A stretch of DNA of 64,000 bases from positions 1 through 64,000 of the IMG/VR virus record IMGVR_UViG_3300036820_000010; one strand, given 5' to 3'. Positions 56,253-64,000 of the stretch are shown piece after piece (the first letter of the stretch is position 1; each line of letters begins with the position of its first letter). The notes beneath the pieces were generated by a model. It searched no databases and was not told the DNA's origin. It saw only the letters and a program-made list of their open reading frames with translations. A program made the position numbers and the translations under genes. The stretch is from a virus.

Positions 56253-56373
56253 ATTTGAACTCCTGCCCTGGACTCGAGCGGGCTTCTCGCCGGGTTCCTT
56301 GATATCTATTATTATAGGCACTCAGACACAGGAACGCAAGGTCCTAGGGTAGAAATTTTCAGGAAAACCTAGA

Positions 56374-56733
56374 CTAGGAAGATTTCTCTCCCGGACCACT
56401 GACTACCTCGACATGAACTAGGCCTCGAGGCTTCGGCTGGGCCAGGACTTGGTCCGAGATGAGGAAAGCAGCATCCGCAACATCCACCGCAGCAACTGGA
56501 ATCTCAGTTTCTAGGGTCAAGCGCAACTTACGCCCATCTTGAAGAAGGACAGCATTAACGACGCGCGCGCGCGTAGTCTTCCCATCCTCTCCACGGACTA
56601 CAGTAGACGTCCCGGGCAGTTTGGAAACTGACCCCTCTGCCCAGATCGAGTTACCTTTAGGTCCGACTTCTAGAGTCCAACGCATCCTTTTCTGCTCTCC
56701 TCTTGGCTGCTCGGTCTCGGTTACGCTGGGCAA
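56374..56733 (-). CDS. Hypothetical protein
   Basis: Operon position; start uncertain. Confidence 0.5.
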   Translation of the reverse strand: MPSVTETEQPRGEQKRMRWTLEVGPKGNSIWAEGSVSKLPGTSTVVRGEDGKTTRARVVNAVLLQDGRKLRLTLETEIPVAAVDVADAAFLISDQVLAQPKPRGLVHVEVVSGPGEKSS

Positions 56734-57007
56734 GATTCCGACTCGCGTTGGCCCTACCTTTCAGGCGGGCTCGGTTAGTGTAAAAGACCTCACGCGTAAT
56801 CTCCCACTCCAACCCTCCCTCGACAACCAGGTCACGGTGATAGACAAGAATCGGGACTCCCTTCTCGATCTTAGGTATGATCACGGCCGTGTTCTTGAGG
56901 CACGCCTTCATCACCCAGGCTTCACCCTGGTACAAGACATCCTGCATAGGCTTGGGTTGGTGATCAAGAGTAGGCCGGCCTTCTAGTGCTGCTGGGAGAG
57001 TCTTCAA
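56657..57007 (-). CDS. Hypothetical protein
   Basis: TTGA overlap. Confidence 0.5.
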   Translation of the reverse strand: MKTLPAALEGRPTLDHQPKPMQDVLYQGEAWVMKACLKNTAVIIPKIEKGVPILVYHRDLVVEGGLEWEITREVFYTNRARLKGRANASRNLAQRNRDRAAKRRAEKDALDSRSRT

Positions 57008-57225
57008 CCTTGCTCCTTCGATGCGTTAATCCGATTCTTAACTGCTGCCGGAGGATGCCCGATATGGTACTTGTGGCAAAAACTGCAGGAATAAGGAATC
57101 AGACCTCCTCCCTGCCCGTTGTTCCTGATCGACTCTATGGCTGCTAGGGCTTCTTCATGGGTGTCGAACTGCCTCTTGCCTTGACACGCAGACCGACGGA
57201 GTCTTCGCTTCGATGACATATTCAC
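57004..57225 (-). CDS. Small zinc-finger-like protein
   Basis: CQGKRQF..YSCSFC..YHIGH. Confidence 0.65.
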   Translation of the reverse strand: MNMSSKRRLRRSACQGKRQFDTHEEALAAIESIRNNGQGGGLIPYSCSFCHKYHIGHPPAAVKNRINASKEQG

Positions 57226-57482
57226 TTTACTCCCGGCTTATTGATGACTTTTGAACTCAAAGTCCCCTGGATCGAAAACCTCCTGAGTTGGGAACTTTCA
57301 CCCCGAGGAACAGGAGAAGGCGAACCCGAGTAGAAGAACTCTATCTCAGCATCAACTGACTCGAGTTCAACCCAACTCCCATTCCCGAAGAAAACTTGGA
57401 CTTTAGTCAGAGGGTTCGAGAGTTCACTGAAGTCGTCCAGGGGTTCCTCCTGCCTGACCACATAGTCAGGAACAGAAATCAT
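57222..57482 (-). CDS. VPDY-motif protein
   Basis: MISVPDYVVRQ; ATGA overlap. Confidence 0.65.
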   Translation of the reverse strand: MISVPDYVVRQEEPLDDFSELSNPLTKVQVFFGNGSWVELESVDAEIEFFYSGSPSPVPRGESSQLRRFSIQGTLSSKVINKPGVK

Positions 57483-57769
57483 CCCGCCTTCTTCTTCTGA
57501 CACCATACACAAACCATGTCTCGGCCGAGGGGCCCAGCACAAGACCTACAGGTCCCATGCGGACGGATCAAGTTCAGACGGTAGACGGTGAGGGACGCTT
57601 GTAGATCTGCGAGAACACTCAGAGACTCTGCGCGTGGAATATGGGCCTTGACGGCTCGACAAGATGGGAGGGAAATGATCCTGTCCAACTCGCTAGACTC
57701 CGCCTCTAGAACCAACTCTACGGTCGAGGCAGGGAGTCCCTTTGGGGGTCGCACCATCAAATCCATCAT
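57479..57769 (-). CDS. Hypothetical zinc-ribbon protein, leaderless
   Basis: CRSC..CVWC; TATAAT 7 nt before the ATG. Confidence 0.6.
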   Translation of the reverse strand: MMDLMVRPPKGLPASTVELVLEAESSELDRIISLPSCRAVKAHIPRAESLSVLADLQASLTVYRLNLIRPHGTCRSCAGPLGRDMVCVWCQKKKAG

Positions 57770-57979
57770 GTCTATCATTATAGTAGGTCTTGCGGGAGCG
57801 TGCGGGTTTTCCCTCCCTCAAGGGACTAGAAAGAAGACCAGTCCGACAAAGGCCAGTCCGATCCCGAACGGGAGCAACTGCAGAGACCCGACGGCTACCC
57901 CGAAAGTAACCAAGAACTCCGCGATCGCTCCGAGAATCAATAGAACTGCTCCAACGACGGCGCGAGTCGATCTCGGCAC

Positions 57980-58225
57980 CTAAGACTTCTCCTCGTTGTC
58001 TTCATTGTCTGATGAAGGCGTGCCCATTTCCTCAGGGAAGAACCACAACCCACAGGTCTTGCACAGAGTCTGCACAATCCCCTTCTTCGCCTGCTCCTCT
58101 GCCCACGCATGCCAACCTAAGTAGTCATGGGCAGGCACGACGTCTATGTGCCAGGAGCATTTCTTGGGTTGAGAGTACGCATCTTGGCCACGAGAGGCCC
58201 GGTAGCGATGACTCTTACGTCGCAA
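57980..58225 (-). CDS. Hypothetical zinc-binding protein
   Basis: CSWH..CKTCGLW. Confidence 0.55.
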   Translation of the reverse strand: MRRKSHRYRASRGQDAYSQPKKCSWHIDVVPAHDYLGWHAWAEEQAKKGIVQTLCKTCGLWFFPEEMGTPSSDNEDNEEKS

Positions 58226-58236
58226 TTCTAAGAGCC

Positions 58237-58479
58237 TTAAAATACCCGAGAAGTCTTAGTTCTGATCTCCCCGCCGACTGAACCTCGGTCAAAAAGAGAA
58301 TCCCCCGGAAAGGCAGACTTCTCAGTCAACCCTGCCCAGTCTTGGCCTAGGACCAAGATCAAAGCCTCTTCTAGACGGTCGACCTTGTGAGCTAGGACCT
58401 CGACCGCAGACTCTGCCTTGCTCAGGCGCTGGGCCAGGGAAGGTCTAGTCTCGACAACTTGGTTCACACCTTGGTCCAC
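58237..58479 (-). CDS. Hypothetical coiled-coil protein
   Basis: SD AGGAGG. Confidence 0.55.
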   Translation of the reverse strand: MDQGVNQVVETRPSLAQRLSKAESAVEVLAHKVDRLEEALILVLGQDWAGLTEKSAFPGDSLFDRGSVGGEIRTKTSRVF

Positions 58480-58752
58480 CTACACATCCTCCTTACTCGC
58501 TGAGATCGACTCGATCGCAGTATCCCGAATCAACTTCTGGTCCCTCCTCAACATGTCGAAGAGTACTCTCCGCGCGACTACCGGCTTGGACTGAACTTCG
58601 ACGAACTTCCCGCCTCGCGTATGCAGGACGATCGCCCTCGCTACCCACCTTTCCTGGGTCGTGCCTAGAAGTTTGCCATCAGCATCGAAGGCCTGGTAGA
58701 AGGTCAGGTCAAGTGCTGCTGGCAAATCAAACCTTTTGTCCTTCATGTCCAT
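58480..58752 (-). CDS. Hypothetical protein
   Basis: Operon position. Confidence 0.55.
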   Translation of the reverse strand: MDMKDKRFDLPAALDLTFYQAFDADGKLLGTTQERWVARAIVLHTRGGKFVEVQSKPVVARRVLFDMLRRDQKLIRDTAIESISASKEDV

Positions 58753-58997
58753 CTATAAGTATATAGGGTCCGATCAAGAAGTGCGCAGTGAGAAATTGAT
58801 ATAGATAGGCAACCCCATCCGATATACAATCCTAAGCACCTCGGGTGGTCGCTCCCGAAAGTCGATAGGAGAAAGGGGACTCTTGGACCTGTCCCGGTTA
58901 TACAGGTCTGCCTCCAGTCATTGAGTACCCTAGAGGGCCCGAGGTACATCAAAACAAGGAGGCAGCCAGGACATGGGCCAGGCGCTAACGTCTATCG

Positions 58998-60890
58998 GTG
59001 AGTAAGTTTCGGCTCACCCATCTTCCTCAAATCACCTACGACTATGTACGCGCAGTCAGAGCAGATGGGTTGGTCGAATGCGGGGACAGGGAGTGTAAAG
59101 TCTTATGCCCTGCCCATCCCGACGTCAAACCGTCACTGTCAGTCAAGGACCTGGGCAAAGATGGCCTTCTCCTGCACTGCCATGCTGGGTGCCTGTACTC
59201 CCAGATCATCGAGGCCTTAGGTGCCCTCGAAGTCTCTGCCCCTCAACCCGCAGTCAAACTGCAGTTGAAACCAGAGACTGAAGAAACTCAAGCCTTCTCG
59301 CCCGACACCCTAGAATGGTTCTCGACCTACACTGGGGTACCTACAAGTTTTCTCTTGAGCCTAGGCAGGAACATCGCCTTCGCCCAGAAAGAAATTCGCT
59401 TCTTATTTCCAGGCGTCAAGGCAGCCAAGTACCGGAAGGCGAGAGCCAAAGAGTTCTGGTGGATCCAAGACGGGGGCGACCGACCCCCATTCTGGCCACT
59501 CCCGCCCAAGACACTCCCTACCCGCATCTTTCTAGCGACCGGAGAGACAGACTGCATCTCACTCAAGTCTTTGGGCTATGACGCCTTCGCCTTGACTGCA
59601 GGCGAGGGGGCGATGCCGGAACTCGCGGCACTCCGCGTTCTCTACGACCGAGGAGTACGCGAGATCGTCTATGTCCCAGATCTAGACGAGGCGGGCCAAA
59701 GAAAGATCCCGATTCTTCAGGAAAGAATCGAAGACGCCGAGATCTCGTTCTTAGAGATCAACCTAGCATCCCAAAGAGATCCCCTGATCGGGGAGAAAGA
59801 CGCAAAAGGCGTAGTCTCTAGACTCCTCGACAGCATCGAGGCGGGAGACATCAAGAAGATTCTGGACTCGTTGGTTGCTCAACCAACTCAACTCGAAGAA
59901 CGCTTTCCTACTGTCGATCTAGGCGCCTTGATGCTGGCCGGGATTCCGCCTCGCCCCTTCCTGATCCCAGACCTCATCTACAAAGACAGGTGCATGGTTC
60001 TTCATGGACCTTCAGGTGATGGAAAGACGATGATCTCCCTGGCCTTGTGTTCCGAAATGATCAAAGCAGGAGAAACTGTCTTCTACTGCGACGAAGAAAA
60101 CGGGGAAGACGAGATAGCCAAACGCCTGATGGGTTTGGGCCTAACTCCAACCCAAGTTACCAACCAGTTCCTATACTTTCCTCTAACATCGCCTTCCCTC
60201 AAAGAAGCCGACTCCCTCCTCAGGAGAATAGTAGGATTCAACCCAGTCTGGGGAGTCTTTGATTCAGGGGCTGACTTCTACACAGCAGCAGGCCTCAAAG
60301 AGAATGACAATGACGACATGGTCACCTGGTTCAAGGCCTTTGTTCAGCCCCTGTCTCGAACTTACCAGATAGGCTCACTTCTCTTAGACCACGAAAATGC
60401 AGTTGGAGAAGAAGGTAAACCCAGAGGAGCATCTTCGAAGAAACAGAAAACTGATGCCTCCTGGCATATCAAGGTAACCAAACCTTTCGACCAGGATACT
60501 ATTGGAGAGGTAGAATTCGAGAGAAAGAAGAACAGACACGGAAGCCTACCCCCCCTACGCAAGGCTAGGATAGGTGGAGATGGACAGGGAAACATTGATT
60601 TCCACCTCTACCCCACAGTAGTAACTCCTACTGTATCTCAACAGCAGGCACACGCTAATGCTAAGAGGATGCAGTACTGGTGGACCGAAGTCGACAAGGT
60701 ACTTCGCCAGGCAGGATGCGTCGATGCTTCTTCGGGGCTGAGTCAATCGAAGCTGTTTTCTGCTCTTCCCTCAGGCCTAGGTCAAGCAGACAAGACCCAA
60801 ATGATGCAGGATTGCGCAGACTCTCCTCTGTCTAAGGTCAAGCGTCAAGTCTTCGGGCCTAGGAAGACAATTACTTACTGGGTAGTGTAG
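58998..60890 (+). CDS. Primase-helicase (zinc finger + TOPRIM + AAA/SF4-like helicase)
   Basis: CPAH.D.KPSLSV..HCHAGC; TGETD..PDLDEAG; GPSGDGKT, DEEN, LLDH, RGAS. Confidence 0.85.
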   Translation: MSKFRLTHLPQITYDYVRAVRADGLVECGDRECKVLCPAHPDVKPSLSVKDLGKDGLLLHCHAGCLYSQIIEALGALEVSAPQPAVKLQLKPETEETQAFSPDTLEWFSTYTGVPTSFLLSLGRNIAFAQKEIRFLFPGVKAAKYRKARAKEFWWIQDGGDRPPFWPLPPKTLPTRIFLATGETDCISLKSLGYDAFALTAGEGAMPELAALRVLYDRGVREIVYVPDLDEAGQRKIPILQERIEDAEISFLEINLASQRDPLIGEKDAKGVVSRLLDSIEAGDIKKILDSLVAQPTQLEERFPTVDLGALMLAGIPPRPFLIPDLIYKDRCMVLHGPSGDGKTMISLALCSEMIKAGETVFYCDEENGEDEIAKRLMGLGLTPTQVTNQFLYFPLTSPSLKEADSLLRRIVGFNPVWGVFDSGADFYTAAGLKENDNDDMVTWFKAFVQPLSRTYQIGSLLLDHENAVGEEGKPRGASSKKQKTDASWHIKVTKPFDQDTIGEVEFERKKNRHGSLPPLRKARIGGDGQGNIDFHLYPTVVTPTVSQQQAHANAKRMQYWWTEVDKVLRQAGCVDASSGLSQSKLFSALPSGLGQADKTQMMQDCADSPLSKVKRQVFGPRKTITYWVV

Positions 60891-60907
60891 AGGACCCCCA
60901 ATCCGTC

Positions 60908-61141
60908 TATAATTACGACCGCCTCGCCACCGTCTCGAGATGGTGTGAGACAGCATGACCCGGTCCATGTCCGACGACCGCCTCGTGGGGGGCCATAAGA
61001 ACGAAGTTCTGGCCCCTAGCGAGACGGTCGGAGTGGACCCTGAATGACCGGCGAGGTGGTCACTAGCGACCGTAGCGACCGCCTCACTCCGGTCGCAACG
61101 GTCGCAGAAATTTAAGGAAACTCCCCAAAACCGACCGCCTC
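60908..61141. repeat. CGACCGCCTC direct repeats plus a long hairpin; putative replication origin
   Basis: Copies at 60916, 60975, 61076 and 61132; inverted partial copies; hairpin 60975-61030. Confidence 0.5.
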
Positions 61142-61155
61142 GTCAGGAGAAAACC

Positions 61156-61812
61156 TTGAAGACCAGCCTCTATCGGTTTTTCGACAGACAGGGAAACCTA
61201 CTCTACATCGGGATTTCAAAGGCCCCCCTCCAACGCCTCCTGCAGCATCGGGAGGAAAAACTTTGGTGGGAAGAAATCGGAACCATCAAACTTGAGTTTT
61301 TCGAGACCCGAGAAGAAGCCCTCTTCCAAGAATTTACCGCAATTCAAGCAGAACAACCCAGGTACAACATCCACAGTAAAAAACTTAGGCAAGTTTCCCC
61401 CAAACTAGGGAATGCACTACCTTCTTCCCTTCTGCCTACTGAACTCATATTCGAAGGGGAATCCAAATTAGGGTGGAATCTACCTGACGACTGTCCCCAC
61501 TGTGAACTTCCAGTGTCTCCGGTCAAGATTGATCTCCTAACCGGAGAATGTTTCTACTCCTGTCCTACCTCCCAACTCACCTGGACCTGCCGTTGGGGAC
61601 TCGAATACAACTTGGGTAAAAGGACCTTCTCAAACCTGAAAAACTTAACTAGAGGAATGAGCAAAGTAATCCAAGTCCCTGGAGGCTATGCCTGCACCCA
61701 AGAAGACCTCAGAGAACTTAAGACCCTCAACCTAAAATTTCCTTCTCCCCTTAGAAGATGCTGGAAAGGTTGGGATGGGAAGTTTTATGGGTTCACTCAA
61801 AACCTCCTATAA
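61156..61812 (+). CDS. GIY-YIG nuclease domain protein
   Basis: LYRFFD..LLYIGIS..RL.QH..E..AI..EQPRYN. Confidence 0.8.
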   Translation: MKTSLYRFFDRQGNLLYIGISKAPLQRLLQHREEKLWWEEIGTIKLEFFETREEALFQEFTAIQAEQPRYNIHSKKLRQVSPKLGNALPSSLLPTELIFEGESKLGWNLPDDCPHCELPVSPVKIDLLTGECFYSCPTSQLTWTCRWGLEYNLGKRTFSNLKNLTRGMSKVIQVPGGYACTQEDLRELKTLNLKFPSPLRRCWKGWDGKFYGFTQNLL

Positions 61813-61845
61813 TGATGGAAAGATCGATCATAGGAGAACTCAAGA

Positions 61846-62151
61846 GTGCACCCGAAAGACATCGTCGTCGACCAGTTGTACAGTCGAACTTGGCAAGCAG
61901 TCGAGACAACCCCTGAGGCCCAGGAAGCCCACCGGGAGTTCATCAAGTTCTGGGTCGACTGGCTGACCGAAGAAAGCAACGGCGAATTCAGGCATCAGCG
62001 GGCAGAACCTTTGATGGCACTCCCCTCGATCATCGGGCAACACCAGGAGATCAAGGCACTCCCTCCGCGGACAAACCCGGAAAACAACCCTATAGCCCAA
62101 CCGCCCTCGGTGTCGAGGCGACAGCGTAGCCCGAAGGCGAAAGCAGAGTGA
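61846..62151 (+). CDS. Hypothetical protein
   Basis: SD AGGAG, TATAAT upstream, GTGA overlap. Confidence 0.55.
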   Translation: MHPKDIVVDQLYSRTWQAVETTPEAQEAHREFIKFWVDWLTEESNGEFRHQRAEPLMALPSIIGQHQEIKALPPRTNPENNPIAQPPSVSRRQRSPKAKAE

Positions 62152-62498
62152 AGTACGCCTCAACCGTCGATGAAGCAGCAGGTATCCTGAAGGTCTCCTC
62201 GCCTACCGTCAGGCGTTGGTGCATTTCAGGAAAACTCAAAGCAGTCAAGTTTGGAGACTCCTGGATGATTGATCTGAACCCGAGCCCGTCCAAGGATCAT
62301 CCCGTCTACCGCAAAGTCAAGGACGACTCGAGGGGAGTAACTCCTGTCTACTTCATCGTCTGCGACGAGGGCTACCGGGAGTCGATTGTCTGCGATGGGA
62401 TGTACGAGTGGGCAGCCGATTGGTTGCTCGAGGTTTTGGGCCGACGACCTTATGCCCCAAGACATCGGCCTCAGGAGTCGGTCCATAGTGGGACCTGA
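62148..62498 (+). CDS. Excisionase-like (HTH_17) DNA-binding protein
   Basis: TVDEAAGILKVSSPTVRRWCISGKLKAVKFGDSWMI. Confidence 0.8.
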   Translation: MKYASTVDEAAGILKVSSPTVRRWCISGKLKAVKFGDSWMIDLNPSPSKDHPVYRKVKDDSRGVTPVYFIVCDEGYRESIVCDGMYEWAADWLLEVLGRRPYAPRHRPQESVHSGT

Positions 62499-62793
62499 AC
62501 TCAACTTTTCTGGTGTCGAGAACACCCCGGGCGAACACTTCTCTGGGCGTCCTAAGGCCTGGTGCTGTGACTGCCGCGAATGGTGCTACCCTGATCCTGA
62601 ACTGCACTGCGGTTGCTGCACCGACTACCTGAAGTCCATCGCCAGGCGCCCCTCGATGAGTTTTCGTTGGTATGACCTGTGGGTAGGGGCCTACTTCGAT
62701 CAGGAGTACCAGCGCCTGTTCATCTGCCTTCTTCCGACCTGGGTCCTACGCATCGACCTGCGCTGGTTTGCGAGGCGACACCAGAAAGGGTGA
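62488..62793 (+). CDS. Cys-rich hypothetical protein
   Basis: AWCCDCREWCYP..CGCC..WYDLWVGAYFD. Confidence 0.55.
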   Translation: MGPELNFSGVENTPGEHFSGRPKAWCCDCREWCYPDPELHCGCCTDYLKSIARRPSMSFRWYDLWVGAYFDQEYQRLFICLLPTWVLRIDLRWFARRHQKG

Positions 62794-63405
62794 TTCTGCC
62801 TCCTTGGTGTCGAGAGGCTGTCACGAGAAGGGTAGGGTACGGTACTTTCGGTGAGGATCAAAACTTAACTCTGCTAGGCATTAGCAAGAGGAGGTTTCGG
62901 GTCGGGGGCGAGAGATCAAAGACCCCTCGCTCCCTTTGACCCAACACGAGTTCGAAACTCAAGCACACGGGATCAACCCTGTGTGTGTGTGAAGTCTAGT
63001 GCACGTGCGGTACTCGCGCGTACTAGAACCTTCCCTTTTCTTGCCTTCTTTTGTGGTGTCGAGATTGAAAACTTCCTCTGCCTTCCAAGCGAGTTCTGCA
63101 GTTTTTGACCAAGAACCTCATCCAACCCGAGGACTTTGTCTTGTTCTCGTAGGCGACTTTACTCCCGCAACTACTCAGCCTTATAACCTCAGGTTAGATG
63201 CCATGAGTTATCAACCCGGAAATTAATACAGAATCTTCCCCGATTGCGCAGATGATCATTATCAGACCAAAACTCAAGGGTACTCGAGCATAAGGTCCTA
63301 GTCTTGCCCAATGTCTAAGAACAACGTACCCTTCCCACATAAGGCAAAGGGATGATCCTAGGATAACTCCTCGAATAACCCAGGGTCATAAGGTTTGTAG
63401 AGGCC

Positions 63406-63960
63406 TCACCCACCACTCCCCTCCTCGGGCAGTTTGGACTGCTCCCTCAGCGCGGAGACGATGGGCTCTGGGATGTGGCCGTCCTGATACTTCACGCGGA
63501 GCCAGTCGGCGGTTTCGTCCGGTTCCCAATACATATCCTTGTCAAGCTGTGCCGCCAGCGCCTCATACCGCTCCTGCTCCCGAACGAGGAGGGGCTGGAC
63601 GGCGGTGGCGATGTACCCAGCCATGAGGTCCCACTTATGTCGCTCGATACGGTCTACGAAGAATCCCCGGCCATGATCAGTCGCCTCATCCTCCAGTGCC
63701 TTCAGGATCACTTCGGTCAGGCCAGCGGCCCCCGGCACCACCCGTTCCCGCTCTGCGCGGGCTCCGTAGGCCAGAATCCACCTGGCAAGCTCAGGGTTGC
63801 AGCCGATCAACGGCTTCCCGGCTGATTCCGGGTTCGTGAACTTCTCTTCTTCGTAGCGAGCACTGGCTTCGGCCCGGAGGCGTTGCATCTCGGCCTGAAG
63901 CGCCGTCGCGAAGTCGTCGGGCTGGCTGGTTTGGTTAGGCATGACCGACTGCTCCCACAA
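63406..63960 (-). CDS. Hypothetical protein
   Basis: Long ORF; start uncertain. Confidence 0.55.
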   Translation of the reverse strand: MWEQSVMPNQTSQPDDFATALQAEMQRLRAEASARYEEEKFTNPESAGKPLIGCNPELARWILAYGARAERERVVPGAAGLTEVILKALEDEATDHGRGFFVDRIERHKWDLMAGYIATAVQPLLVREQERYEALAAQLDKDMYWEPDETADWLRVKYQDGHIPEPIVSALREQSKLPEEGSGG

Positions 63961-64000
63961 GCAGGGTGCCGAGACCGGTGATGAGCATGACTACGGCTAG

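Noticed and set aside
62148-62498. Integration/excision module or prophage boundary
   Set aside because: Only an excisionase-like HTH is present; no integrase, att site or host genes are in the window.

Overview
A 64-kb segment of a tailed dsDNA bacteriophage genome (HK97-fold capsid, non-contractile siphovirus-type tail). The host is probably a monoderm, inferred from leaderless TATAAT promoters, a CHAP domain and a sortase-like FPDTG motif. Layout: (1) 1-1050: a solo Cas7/RAMP-like gene abutting a truncated array of GG-NNN pentamers punctuated by GTC, with no other cas genes; this is the best candidate for a novel RNA-guided system. (2) 4088-8130: 14 small genes that nearly all begin with the same (M)[IV]PDY[ILV][LF] peptide, many with Cys/His zinc-binding patterns. 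(3) 10.9-32.7 kb: head, tail and lysis genes, including a -1 frameshift tail chaperone; no terminase is visible. (4) 33-48 kb, minus strand: UDG-fused PolA, a 7-deazaguanine (preQ1) DNA modification cluster with a DpdA/TGT-like enzyme, recombination genes and an SNF2 helicase. (5) 49-58 kb: a MoxR AAA / VWA-metallopeptidase set, surface proteins and a ~700-nt promoter-flanked, stem-rich noncoding region. (6) 59-64 kb: primase-helicase, origin-like repeats, GIY-YIG and HTH genes. All family assignments are from motifs read by eye; no database or HMM searches were run.
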